From Patescibacteria group bacterium (lineage in GTDB: Bacteria; Patescibacteriota; Patescibacteriia; Patescibacteriales; UBA12465): a DNA stretch of 64,000 nucleotides. The DNA lies in NCBI GenBank assembly GCA_023229115.1, contig JALNZW010000006.1, positions 2,523-66,522 on the forward strand. Direction: 5' to 3'. Made by a program: the position numbers and the translations under genes. Below the pieces are notes generated by a model. That model worked only from the letters and a program-made list of their open reading frames with translations. It made no database searches and was not told where the DNA came from. This document shows, piece by piece, positions 1-8,820 of this stretch (its first letter is position 1; each line of letters starts with the position of its first letter).

Positions 1-931
1 AAGCGATGCCGCCCATTAAAGCAAAAATAATAAAAATTGGATTTACTTTCGATTTTCCTTTTAATAGATAGGCCCTCAAAAGATTGTCGGTATTGCCAAT
101 AATTATTGACCCCCAAGCTAAAACAAAAACACCTTTAAACACTTGCCCAGTAACTATTAAAAAAACACCAACTGGAACATAAATAATCATTGAACCAATG
201 TATGGAATTAAAGAAAAGAAAGCAATTAAAATACCAGCATAAAAAGCTGGCAAGCCAACAATCATAAAACCAATAGCACCAATTACACCTTGAATAGCGG
301 CTGTTAAAAAAGTTGAAATAACTGCTGTATAGCTAACCTCTCTAAATTTTTTAAACAACTCAACGTCATATTTATTAGGTAGAGGTGACCAATGCTTAAT
401 TTTATCAACCATTCTTTCGCCGTCAACAAAAAAGAAAAACATTGTTAAAAGTATTAGAACCAAAGAAACAAAAAATCCAGTAGTACCCTTAACAATGCTG
501 GTAGCGCCCTTACCTATCCAATTTTTAATAGTTTCTGTCATCTTTAAAATGAAATTTTTAACATTATCATCTTCTAGGTTAACAAAATCAAAGTTAGATA
601 GAACACTGCTTTTTAAATTATCACTGGCGATATTTATAAAACTAACTGTTTCTGAATAAGCTGTTAAAGATTTTTTACCTGAAAAAATTATTAGATTACT
701 AATTGGAATAATAACAATTAATAAAACTAAGAAGCACATCACCAAGGCAGCTGGGGCTTTTTTTCCTTTAAACTTTTTAGTAAGCCATAAAAATGGCCTA
801 TAAAAAAAAGAAACCAAAACGGCTGAAATAACTATTTCAGTCAGAAATGGTTTAAAAATAAGGTAGCAAGCGAAAATCGCTAAAACTAACAGAACTATCA
901 AAAATGGCTTAGCCAAATTCTCATTCTTCAT
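1..931 (-). CDS. AI-2E family transporter (PerM/UPF0118-like), partial; C-terminus lies beyond the window edge
   Basis: Open minus-strand frame absent from the ORF track because it has no stop in the window. ATG at 929-931. My translation MKNENLAKPFLIVLLVLAIF...FFSLIPYIGSMIIYVPVGVFL...NPIFIIFALMGGIA is a multi-TM protein with the AI-2E-like FSxIPxIG segment. Confidence 0.6.
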   Translation of the reverse strand, partial: MKNENLAKPFLIVLLVLAIFACYLIFKPFLTEIVISAVLVSFFYRPFLWLTKKFKGKKAPAALVMCFLVLLIVIIPISNLIIFSGKKSLTAYSETVSFINIASDNLKSSVLSNFDFVNLEDDNVKNFILKMTETIKNWIGKGATSIVKGTTGFFVSLVLILLTMFFFFVDGERMVDKIKHWSPLPNKYDVELFKKFREVSYTAVISTFLTAAIQGVIGAIGFMIVGLPAFYAGILIAFFSLIPYIGSMIIYVPVGVFLIVTGQVFKGVFVLAWGSIIIGNTDNLLRAYLLKGKSKVNPIFIIFALMGGIA

Positions 932-949
932 TTTTTTTTATTATAAAAA

Positions 950-1108
950 TTATTTTGTTTCTTTGTGAGGAGTGTGTTTTCGACAAAATTTACAAAACTT
1001 GTTCAACTCTAAACGAACTGCTTTTAAAGTTTTTTTATTTTTATGAGAATGGTATGTAACTGTTTTACATTCAGTACATTCTAATTTTATCATGTTGTCT
1101 TGAGACAT
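950..1108 (-). CDS. rpmG: 50S ribosomal protein L33
   Basis: 52-aa ORF below the track cut-off: [52 protein letters not shown]. It has the CxxC...CxxC zinc ribbon and the KHTxHKETK tail typical of L33. Confidence 0.85.
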   Translation of the reverse strand: MSQDNMIKLECTECKTVTYHSHKNKKTLKAVRLELNKFCKFCRKHTPHKETK

Positions 1109-1183
1109 ATATTTTACCTAACAATTATAAATAAACTGCTAATTCAGCAATCTAAAGCTATTATAACAAATAAACAGCGAAAG

Positions 1184-2062
1184 TCAACATTGACACTTAG
1201 GGCAATAATGAGTTCCCCTGCCAGCTAACTTAGTCTTAATTATCAAGCCACTACAAGTCTTGCATTTTTCTCCCTTTCGCCCATAAACCTTTAATAAGGG
1301 CCAGAAACCACCGCTTTGACCACTTGCGTCAACATAATCATTAAAAGTTGTTCCTTTTTTCTCAACGGCCAATTTTAAAATTCTTTTTATATTTTGATAT
1401 ATTATTTTCTTTTCTTTATCACTTAAACTATCAACACTCCTAAATGGGCTTATTTTTGAAGCAAACAAAATTTCATCAGCATAAATATTTCCTATTCCAC
1501 TAACATATTTTTGATCAAGCAGAAAAGCTTTTATATTCTTTTTCTTGTTTTTCAAAACATTTAAAAACGACTCAAAAATAAAATCGGAAGAAAGTGGCTC
1601 CAGGCCGAGTCTATTTTTCATTTTTTTTAAATCAACATCACTTAATAATTTTAGATAAGCAAACCTTCTGGTGTCATTTAAAGCTAAAAAACTACCATCT
1701 ACAAAAGACATTTTAAATCTTAAATGTTTAAAATCTTTTATATCTAATTTTTTTTGATTTTTTTCGCTATGACCACCAGCTGTTAAAATAGAACTATTAT
1801 TTTTCTCTTGTAAAAAATAAACTAACTGACCAGTCATTTTTAAATGAATTATCATCTTTTTCTTGCTTTTCTCAAAGAAAAAAACAATAGCCTTGCCTAA
1901 TCTTTCAATCTTAAAAATTTTATCTTTTTTTAATTTCTTTAATTCTTTTTCTGTTCCAGAAAATAATTTAAAATCAATTAAAAAGACATCTTTTATCTCT
2001 TTAAATAAAACAAAACGGCTTAAACCGTTTTTTATTGTTTCCACTTCTGGTAATTCTGGCAT
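1184..2062 (-). CDS. mutM: Formamidopyrimidine-DNA glycosylase (Fpg/MutM)
   Basis: N-terminus MPELPEVE (catalytic Pro2/Glu3). C-terminal zinc finger CKTC...CPKCQ. Length 292 aa. Confidence 0.9.
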   Translation of the reverse strand: MPELPEVETIKNGLSRFVLFKEIKDVFLIDFKLFSGTEKELKKLKKDKIFKIERLGKAIVFFFEKSKKKMIIHLKMTGQLVYFLQEKNNSSILTAGGHSEKNQKKLDIKDFKHLRFKMSFVDGSFLALNDTRRFAYLKLLSDVDLKKMKNRLGLEPLSSDFIFESFLNVLKNKKKNIKAFLLDQKYVSGIGNIYADEILFASKISPFRSVDSLSDKEKKIIYQNIKRILKLAVEKKGTTFNDYVDASGQSGGFWPLLKVYGRKGEKCKTCSGLIIKTKLAGRGTHYCPKCQC

Positions 2063-2170
2063 ATATTAAATAATGTTTAAAATTATTATAACCAAGCCTA
2101 GTGAAAAGAAAAGTATCAGTAAAATCTTCAAAAAACTCCTACCAATTTTATCTGGATTAATTAACATATG

Positions 2171-2253
2171 TGGGCCGAGCAGGATTCGAACCTGCGAAGG
2201 CTGATGCCAGCAGATTTACAGTCTGCCCCAGTTGACCGCTTTGGTATCGACCC
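2171..2253 (-). tRNA. tRNA-Tyr (anticodon GTA)
   Basis: Reverse complement GGGTCGATACCAAAGCGGTCAACTGGGGCAGACTGTAAATCTGCT...GCAGGTTCGAATCCTGCTCGGCCCA. The 7-bp acceptor stem pairs, the anticodon loop is CTGTAAA, and there is a long variable arm as in bacterial Tyr. CCA is not encoded. Confidence 0.85.
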
Positions 2254-2346
2254 ATTTTTTTATTCAATAAATATATTTTACAGTAAAATAAAATTATGTC
2301 AACAATAAAAATCTCCAAAACAAATTTGAAGACTTTTTTATATAAA

Positions 2347-2727
2347 CTAAGCTCCGATAGCTTGAAGAACAAATTTGACTAAAGCGTAAGAAGAGAAAAT
2401 AACTATCAAGCCTAAAGCTGACCACATCAAAATATTTTTACCTTTAGTAATCTGTTGATCATTACCCATAGCAGTCATCCAAGTTATGCCTCCATAGATA
2501 AACATAATCAAGGCTAGAGCACCAACCACGCCCAAAACTTTATCAATAACACTTCCAATAACACCTTGAGCAGTTGCTCCAGCTCCCAAAGGATTGGCTA
2601 GTCTAACTGGTGGAGGTGGAGGTGGCGGCGGTGTGTTTGTGCCAGAAGTTTGAGCCAAAGAAATATTTAAAAAAGAAAAAAATGATAAAAATAAAAACAA
2701 AAACACAACAAATATTTTTTTAAACAT
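2347..2727 (-). CDS. Small secreted/membrane protein with a VirB2/TrbC-like (T4SS-pilin-type) two-helix hairpin
   Basis: Signal peptide ending SLAQTS, a run of 8 prolines, then LGVVGALALIMFIYGGITWMTAMGNDQQITKGKNILMWSALGLIVIF (two TM helices around a basic loop). The same hairpin motif opens the ORF at 34095-36587. Confidence 0.55.
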   Translation of the reverse strand: MFKKIFVVFLFLFLSFFSFLNISLAQTSGTNTPPPPPPPPVRLANPLGAGATAQGVIGSVIDKVLGVVGALALIMFIYGGITWMTAMGNDQQITKGKNILMWSALGLIVIFSSYALVKFVLQAIGA

Positions 2728-2784
2728 AAGTAAAAAAATTAATAATATCTTTAATTAATATTATCACTATTTTACGAAAAAGGC

Positions 2785-2815
2785 AAATAAAAAAGGGCAA
2801 ATTTCTTTGCCCTTT
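2785..2815 (-). terminator. Rho-independent terminator after the 250-aa membrane ORF
   Basis: Stem aaagggcaa (2792-2800) pairs with ttgcccttt (2807-2815), loop 6 nt. On the minus strand it is followed by TTTTTTATTT. Confidence 0.6.
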
Positions 2816-2820
2816 AAAAC

Positions 2821-3573
2821 CTATATTCTGCTTAGATATACATAGATTGTTTGATCATTGCTCAATGATTCGAGTCTGATCCTAATATTTTTTCCTGGAT
2901 CAGGGAGGTATGTTATTTCTCCACTCCTCACAGTAACCACCGAACCATCTTCATAAATCAATTTATAGTTCTGATAATTACCCCAGGTGTCCAACTTATA
3001 TCCAACCTTCCAATCAATCCAAAAGCTTTTCTCCCCTTTATCCAAATAAAGAGAATGAATTGGAGTTTGATCTCTGAAAGGATTAGGATCATAAACAACG
3101 GTTTGATGATTTCTCGTTCGAGGCTCTACTTTCCTGAAAAAACCATAATAGCCAATCGTCCAGCAAAATAAAATTAAGAGCAAAGCCCAAGAAATGCCAT
3201 TTGTCCATTTATTTTTCTCTTCAGCCACAGAATTGGCTGCCAAAAGAACTATTGCCGAAAAAATAAGAGAAACTATCAAATCTGACCAAAAATTCCAATC
3301 TTCAATTGGAAAGAGGGTTTTAGATTCTAGGATTTCAGGCATAGGAATATTTCCCCAAAAAAACATAATAAACCAAGCCGGCAAAAAAGAAACAAAACCA
3401 ACTATAAAAGCTAAAATCAGATTTCTAATTGATTTTTGAGTTTTACCAAACTCTTTTACTTTCTTTTCTTCCGTTTTTTCTGTTTTGTCTTTGGATTGCT
3501 CTTTTTCAGAGCCCTGCTTTCCCGCCTCTTCTATCGGCGGAAGATATTTTGGTTTTCCTCCTGTATTTGTCAT
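2821..3573 (-). CDS. Hypothetical membrane protein: K/E-rich N-terminus, about 4 TM helices, C-terminal beta-rich domain of about 90 aa. Possible NfeD-like partner of the upstream SPFH protein
   Basis: Hydrophobic segments LILAFIVGFVSFLPAWFIMFF, IVSLIFSAIVLLA and WALLLILFCWTIGYYGFF. It sits 12 nt downstream of the SPFH-like gene. No recognisable catalytic motif. Confidence 0.35.
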   Translation of the reverse strand: MTNTGGKPKYLPPIEEAGKQGSEKEQSKDKTEKTEEKKVKEFGKTQKSIRNLILAFIVGFVSFLPAWFIMFFWGNIPMPEILESKTLFPIEDWNFWSDLIVSLIFSAIVLLAANSVAEEKNKWTNGISWALLLILFCWTIGYYGFFRKVEPRTRNHQTVVYDPNPFRDQTPIHSLYLDKGEKSFWIDWKVGYKLDTWGNYQNYKLIYEDGSVVTVRSGEITYLPDPGKNIRIRLESLSNDQTIYVYLSRI

Positions 3574-3585
3574 TTTTTTTTCTTT

Positions 3586-4749
3586 TTAAGGATTTACACT
3601 TTTAATAGCTGCTAGTATTCCGGCCAAACTTCCACCATTTTCAACGATAATGGATTTATCAGTAGCCTTAAGCGCTTTCCACTGTTCCATTTTCATTAAG
3701 TACTCAAGAACCTCCTTGGGAGAAGCTTTGGTTGATACTAACTTCTCAACTTGTATCCTAAGCGCTTCGGAAGTTATTTCTAAAGATTCGGACTGAGCCT
3801 TAGCCTCAATAATAGCCACCTCCTTTTTATTTTCAGCGACCTTAATGTCCATTTTTGACTTATACTCAGTTCTGTTAATCTCAATTTCCTCATCAGATAA
3901 AACAATATCCAAAATATTAACCGAGCAAATATCAACTCCGTAATGCTTGATGATTGAATTAAACACACAGATATCCTCTTTTTTTAATTTAGCCAAATCA
4001 ATCTTGTCACCTCTAGCAGTGTCAGAATCCATACTACCCAAAGTTAAGCGCAAAAGAGACATTAGCATTTCTCTAATGTTAGAGTCAGCATTTTCTTCCT
4101 TAGCATATCTTTTAATACTATTGTCGAGAATTAAACTTTTTAGTTCACGGGTAACAAGGCCCAATGATCTAATTTCAGTTTTTTTCTTATCCAACATAGA
4201 AGCTAAGATAGAAACAATGTCTTCGGTGTCTGAGTCGCCAGCTCTTAAATCTGTCCCAAGCTCTGGGCCAGAATACAGATGAGCTACATACATAGCCTCA
4301 ACTGGCGTAGAAATACCGTTTTTAAAATCAACTTTATTTTCAGGACTTCCGTCAAATATAATCCCGTTAAAATCTCCCAAAAAAATAACTTGAGAAAAAG
4401 TAACGAATTTAAAAAACGGAAAAACCAGATACCAACCAGCATGAAGAGGTTTTTCAGGATAAACCCCGTTAATCTCTACTAAGGCTGCATGTTTTTCGGG
4501 AACTGAAAAGAAGCGACGACGCTCCATGTCCTTACAATCTGGATAGGCATTATAAAAAAACATGTACGCTTTAACCAAGGCATAAATTGAAATTCCTAAA
4601 AAAACCAAGAACCCCAAAAGCAAAGCAACAAAAAAGTTAATTCCAATTACGAGCAAAAAAACGCTCATCAGAATCATACTCACAAAAAAACTCACTAAAA
4701 AGAACAAAGTCCATTGTCCTTTTCCGATAAACCTTTCCGATAGTTTCAT
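3586..4749 (-). CDS. SPFH/Band-7 (stomatin/prohibitin-like) membrane protein
   Basis: N-terminal TM hairpin, then the SPFH-like start VPEKHAALVEINGVY...HAGWYLVFPFF. The C-terminal part is coiled-coil-like: AENKKEVAIIEAKAQSESLEITSEALRIQVEKL. SD AAGGAGA lies 7 nt before the ATG. Confidence 0.5.
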   Translation of the reverse strand: MKLSERFIGKGQWTLFFLVSFFVSMILMSVFLLVIGINFFVALLLGFLVFLGISIYALVKAYMFFYNAYPDCKDMERRRFFSVPEKHAALVEINGVYPEKPLHAGWYLVFPFFKFVTFSQVIFLGDFNGIIFDGSPENKVDFKNGISTPVEAMYVAHLYSGPELGTDLRAGDSDTEDIVSILASMLDKKKTEIRSLGLVTRELKSLILDNSIKRYAKEENADSNIREMLMSLLRLTLGSMDSDTARGDKIDLAKLKKEDICVFNSIIKHYGVDICSVNILDIVLSDEEIEINRTEYKSKMDIKVAENKKEVAIIEAKAQSESLEITSEALRIQVEKLVSTKASPKEVLEYLMKMEQWKALKATDKSIIVENGGSLAGILAAIKSVNP

Positions 4750-4831
4750 GATTTTTTCTCCTTTTATTTGATTTTTAAAATTGTCAAAGTTCTTTATTGG
4801 CCTAACATAAACTCAATTAGACTAACAACAC

Positions 4832-4860
4832 ATTATATCATATTTCAAAATATTTGTCAA
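4832..4860 (-). promoter_or_regulatory. Consensus sigma-70-type promoter for the SPFH operon
   Basis: Minus strand reads TTGACA (4860-4855), a 17-nt spacer, then TATAAT (4837-4832). A second TTGACA lies 10 nt upstream within the tandem tatttgtcaa x2. Confidence 0.65.
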
Positions 4861-4920
4861 TATTTGTCAACAGTAATAAATATAAAAAATATTAAAAATC
4901 CCAAAAAAATTAAATAAACA

Positions 4921-4950
4921 AAAAAAGACGATAAATCTCGTCTTTTTTTA
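4921..4950. terminator. Bidirectional-looking rho-independent terminator downstream of the peroxiredoxin gene
   Basis: Stem aagacga (4925-4931) pairs with tcgtctt (4938-4944). It is flanked by an A-run and a T-run. Confidence 0.6.
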
Positions 4951-4970
4951 TATTATTTAATATATGAACA

Positions 4971-5567
4971 CTACAGCTTTCCCACTAAGTCTAAGCCTGG
5001 CTTCAAAGTCTCACCCTTAGGCTTCCAGTTAGCTGGACAAACTTGGTCACCATGTTCGTAAGTAAATTTACAAGCCTCTAATTTTCTAATTAATTCTTCA
5101 CTGCTTCGACCAACTGAAGCGTCACTAACCTCCATTGACCTAAGTATACCATCAGGGTCAATTATAAAAGTGCCCCTCATGGCAATACCATCTTCATCTG
5201 AATAGACTCCATAAGTTCGACTTACTTCACCATTACGATCAGAAAGCAAGGGATACTCTATTTTTTTAATTAAAGGAGAAAAATCATGCCAAGCTTTGTG
5301 AACATAAACACTATCAGTACTAATAGCTAAAATCTCAGCTCCTATCTTTTTTATTTCAGAATATTTTTCAGCCAAATCACCTAATTCAGTTGGACAAACA
5401 AAAGTAAAATCTCCAGGATAGAAAAAAACCACTAACCAAGAGTCACGATAATCATAGGAATTTATTTTTTTAATTTGCCCATTTAAATAAGCCTCAACTG
5501 AAAAATCAGGGGCGTTATAACCAACTATTGGATAGTAGGCTACATTTTCTTTATATTCATTTTCCAT
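4971..5567 (-). CDS. Typical 2-Cys peroxiredoxin (AhpC/Prx family)
   Basis: The peroxidatic motif FTFVCPTE and the resolving Cys context VCPANW are both present. Confidence 0.9.
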   Translation of the reverse strand: MENEYKENVAYYPIVGYNAPDFSVEAYLNGQIKKINSYDYRDSWLVVFFYPGDFTFVCPTELGDLAEKYSEIKKIGAEILAISTDSVYVHKAWHDFSPLIKKIEYPLLSDRNGEVSRTYGVYSDEDGIAMRGTFIIDPDGILRSMEVSDASVGRSSEELIRKLEACKFTYEHGDQVCPANWKPKGETLKPGLDLVGKL

Positions 5568-5623
5568 ATTTTTATATAATTAATTGTTAGTTAAGCTATT
5601 ATAGCACAAAAAAAATTAAAAAA

Positions 5624-5650
5624 GAAAAAGCTGTTTTTTCAAACAGCTTC
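5624..5650 (-). terminator. Rho-independent terminator overlapping the stop of the HNH ORF
   Basis: Stem aagctgttt (5628-5636) pairs with aaacagctt (5641-5649). On the minus strand it is followed by TTTCTTTTTT. Confidence 0.55.
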
Positions 5651-6112
5651 TGTGTAATACTTAAGATTGTTGACCACTTCATCCATCCATTTGGTTTGCC
5701 TATTAAAAAAATAATTTTCAAGATAAGCATAACATTGGACGTAATTCATGTCTCCAAAAAGTAAATAAAATTTATCTCGATGATAATTAGTAAGTCTACC
5801 ATCAATAATAAATTCAACCCTTTCCTCAATATTAGTTGAACGATCAAAACAATAAGCCTTTAACCACTTGTCTGTTTTGAAAATAAAAACGGTCAGAAAA
5901 ACAATTATTTCACAGGGGGTCATGTTTTGAAACAAGTCATGAAAAACTCCATGATGATACCTAATTATTTTAGCCTTGTTTTCTTTGCTTTCACCACCAC
6001 CCCTGCTGCGAGGAACGATATGGTGAATTGTTAAAGCTTTGGGATGTTTTGGATTGCGCTTTCTGGATACTTTTTTTTGATTAAGACAATTCTTGTTTCT
6101 GTTTACGGCCAT
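5639..6112 (-). CDS. HNH nuclease-motif protein with an uncharacterised C-terminal domain
   Basis: HHIVPRSRGG...N...HH..FH within a basic N-terminal half. The following roughly 90 aa have no motif I recognise. Confidence 0.5.
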   Translation of the reverse strand: MAVNRNKNCLNQKKVSRKRNPKHPKALTIHHIVPRSRGGGESKENKAKIIRYHHGVFHDLFQNMTPCEIIVFLTVFIFKTDKWLKAYCFDRSTNIEERVEFIIDGRLTNYHRDKFYLLFGDMNYVQCYAYLENYFFNRQTKWMDEVVNNLKYYTEAV

Positions 6113-6149
6113 GGCTAGAATTTTAGTTAAACAAAATTTTAAAAAACTG

Positions 6150-6222
6150 AGCCGAAAACGGGACTTGAACCCGTGACCTTTTCCTTACCATGGAAACGCT
6201 CTACCAACTGAGCTATTTCGGC
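6150..6222 (-). tRNA. tRNA-Thr (anticodon GGT)
   Basis: Reverse complement GCCGAAATAGCTCAGTTGGTAGAGCGTTTCCATGGTAAGGAAAAGGTCACGGGTTCAAGTCCCGTTTTCGGCT. All four stems pair and the anticodon loop is ATGGTAA. Confidence 0.85.
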
Positions 6223-6276
6223 AATATTAAAAATATTATCTTGATAATTAAATCAAAATAAATAACAAATTAATTA

Positions 6277-7062
6277 TTAAATTTCATTAATAGACTCCTC
6301 CCAGCTTGATATATTTTGATTATCAGGGTTAACCTCTTTAATTCTCTCTAAATATTCCAAAGCTAAATTTTTATCTTTCTTGATTATACATAAATCTAAC
6401 ATTAAATCAAGATAACGAGGATTATTTTGATCTTTTTCTAAAGCTTTGAGCAAACTTAAAACAGCGCCATCAATATCATTCAAATCCTTGGCAATTAAAG
6501 CTAGATTATAATTTATACCTGCTTGTTCATTTCTAAAATTGGCAATATCAGCTAATTTTAAAGCATAAAGAAGAGTTTGTTTAGCCTCCTGTAATTTTCC
6601 TTGGTTATGATAAAGATATCCTAATTCAGAAAAAGCCAATAAATTCTTATCATCTAAGCTAATTATTTCAATTAACTTTTGCTCAGCCTCTTTACTTTCT
6701 TCATTTTTAATCATTTCTTTAACTTGAGAAAATAATAATCTTATTTTTTCCTCCTGACTAACATTAGCCAAAGAACCAGTTTTAATTTTACTTTCTTGTT
6801 TCTTCTTAAAGCTCTCTAAACTCTCACCAATAAATTTAGAAAATTTAATAAAGAAATCACCTAAAAAAGAAAAAAAATTATTAAGATAGGAAAATTTTCT
6901 TCTCATCCGATCTTTAATTATTTTTTCCTTAATTTGCTGCTCTTTCTCTTCAGGAATATTCTCAACATCCAAAACAGCCAGGACCGGAAAACGACGGACG
7001 ATGATAAATAAAATAATCAACAAAGAAATAAGTATTATAATTAAAGGCCAAATATTATCCAT
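6277..7062 (-). CDS. Membrane-anchored TPR-repeat protein
   Basis: N-terminal TM WPLIIILISLLIILFIIV. TPR-like repeats follow, e.g. AFSELGYLYHNQGKLQEAKQTLLYALKL and NYNLALIAKDLNDIDGAVLSLLKALE. Confidence 0.6.
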   Translation of the reverse strand: MDNIWPLIIILISLLIILFIIVRRFPVLAVLDVENIPEEKEQQIKEKIIKDRMRRKFSYLNNFFSFLGDFFIKFSKFIGESLESFKKKQESKIKTGSLANVSQEEKIRLLFSQVKEMIKNEESKEAEQKLIEIISLDDKNLLAFSELGYLYHNQGKLQEAKQTLLYALKLADIANFRNEQAGINYNLALIAKDLNDIDGAVLSLLKALEKDQNNPRYLDLMLDLCIIKKDKNLALEYLERIKEVNPDNQNISSWEESINEI

Positions 7063-7066
7063 ATGT

Positions 7067-7825
7067 TTAAAAATTATAAGCTATATCCAAAAAGTCACCA
7101 GCTTTCAAACTGGCACCACCAATTAGTAGACCATCGACTTCTTGTAATTTTTGTAAATTTAAAAAATTATCAACATTAACACTACCTCCATACAAAACTT
7201 TTACTTGCTTAATTTTAGACCCTCTAAACATCTTAGAAAAAATTTCTTTAATTTTTTTATGAGCCTTAACCACATCTTCAACTTCAGCTACTAGTCCAGT
7301 ACCAATAGCCCAAATTGGCTCATAAGCAATAACAATATTTCTATTTTCTAAATCTTTAGTTTTTAACTTAGAAAAGGCTTCCTTTAATTGTTTTTCCAAA
7401 ATTTTAAAAGTCTCACCTTTTTTTCTTTGTGCTAAACTTTCGCCAATACATAAAATAGGTTTTATTTTGCTATTTTTAATGACATTAAATAGTTTATCAG
7501 CTACTAAATCATTATCAGCAAAATATTGTCTTCTCTCGCTATGACCAATTAATATATATTTACAATTTAATTGCTTTAAACTTTCTAGTGAAACCTCCCC
7601 AGTATAAGCGCCTAAACCTTTGTGAGCCACATCCTGTGATCCAAATTTAATTTGACCGTCCTTAATGGCTTGTGAAACCAAAAACAAAGAAGAGAAATCA
7701 GGAAAAATAATTACCTCATTTCGAGATTTTTTAATATTTAAAATCTTATTTAATTTATCAGCCAAAATTAAAGAATTCTTACAGTCTAAATTCATTTTCC
7801 AATTACCAGCTATTATTTTTTTCAT
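7067..7825 (-). CDS. tpiA: Triosephosphate isomerase
   Basis: Motifs AGNWKMN, IGHSERR and AYEPIWAIGTG. Confidence 0.93.
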   Translation of the reverse strand: MKKIIAGNWKMNLDCKNSLILADKLNKILNIKKSRNEVIIFPDFSSLFLVSQAIKDGQIKFGSQDVAHKGLGAYTGEVSLESLKQLNCKYILIGHSERRQYFADNDLVADKLFNVIKNSKIKPILCIGESLAQRKKGETFKILEKQLKEAFSKLKTKDLENRNIVIAYEPIWAIGTGLVAEVEDVVKAHKKIKEIFSKMFRGSKIKQVKVLYGGSVNVDNFLNLQKLQEVDGLLIGGASLKAGDFLDIAYNF

Positions 7826-7836
7826 ACTCCTGTTTT

Positions 7837-7884
7837 GTTATCCCGGCACCATACCTGCCGGCAGGCAGGAAAGCTGGGGTCCAC
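7837..7884. repeat. GC-rich palindromic intergenic element, copy A (with an internal insertion)
   Basis: gttatcccggc...cctgccggcagg...aagctggggtccac. It contains the perfect 12-bp palindrome cctgccggcagg (7854-7865). The outer arms cccggc/gctggg match copy B. It stands out in otherwise AT-rich spacer DNA. Confidence 0.6.
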
Positions 7885-7887
7885 TCA

Positions 7888-8811
7888 TTAATTATTATTC
7901 TTAGCCCACTCAATTGTTCTTTTTATTCCTTCTTCCAAATTAACCTCAGATTGCCAATTAATTTTTTCCTTAGCTTTATCGAAATTAAGGCAACTCCTTC
8001 TCTCTTCTCCTAGTTTAGCATCTTGATGCTCTATGTCTAATTTTTCTCCCAAACAATTTTCTATAGCACTGACAACTTCTAATAAACTTTTCTCAACACC
8101 AGTACCGATATTTAAATCACCTACAAACTCTGATTTTAAAGCTAGGACAAAAGCACTTACTACATCATCAACATAAACATAGTCTCTAGTTTGAAGTCCA
8201 TCTCCGTAAATATAACTTTTTTTCTTAGCTATGGCATTGCTAGTGAAGATGGCAATAACTCCAGCCTCCCCTCCCTTATATTGTCTTGGTCCGTAAACAT
8301 TAGCTAGTCTTAAGGCTGTATATTTTTGACCGAAAATTTTATAATAATAATTTAAATACTTTTCAAAAGAAACCTTATTAATACCATAGGGAGAAACAGG
8401 ATAAGTTAAATGATCTTCTGAGGTTGGAATTTGTTCAGGAAAACCATAGGCAGCCCCGCCAGAAGAAGCAAAAACTATTTTCTTAACATTAAACTGGTGA
8501 CAATTTTTTAAAATATTAAGTCCACCTAAAACATTGACTTGATTATCAAACTCCATATCATCTACTGACTTTCTAACATCTATTTGAGCGGCTAAATGAC
8601 AGACATAATCAAATTTTTCAGTTTCAAAAACTTCCTCAACTTTACTATCTGAAATATCTAGGTTATAAAATTTGGCTTGAGGATTTAAATATTCTTTTTT
8701 ACCACTATATAAGTTGTCGATTACCACAACTTCATTACCTAAATCTATCAATTTATCAACCAAGTTGGAGCCGATAAAACCAGCACCACCAGTAACTAAA
8801 ATTTTTGACAT
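7888..8811 (-). CDS. NAD-dependent epimerase/dehydratase (UDP-sugar 4-epimerase-like SDR)
   Basis: Rossmann motif VTGGAGFIGSNL and catalytic YxxxK (SPYGINK). Confidence 0.8.
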   Translation of the reverse strand: MSKILVTGGAGFIGSNLVDKLIDLGNEVVVIDNLYSGKKEYLNPQAKFYNLDISDSKVEEVFETEKFDYVCHLAAQIDVRKSVDDMEFDNQVNVLGGLNILKNCHQFNVKKIVFASSGGAAYGFPEQIPTSEDHLTYPVSPYGINKVSFEKYLNYYYKIFGQKYTALRLANVYGPRQYKGGEAGVIAIFTSNAIAKKKSYIYGDGLQTRDYVYVDDVVSAFVLALKSEFVGDLNIGTGVEKSLLEVVSAIENCLGEKLDIEHQDAKLGEERRSCLNFDKAKEKINWQSEVNLEEGIKRTIEWAKNNN

Positions 8812-8820
8812 AAAATCGTT

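Noticed and set aside
2157-2372. 71-aa ORF in the track covering 2157-2372.
   Set aside because: It is the translation of the tRNA-Tyr gene and its flanks (..GRYQSGQLGQTVNLLASAFAGSNPARP..). The cloverleaf explains the region.
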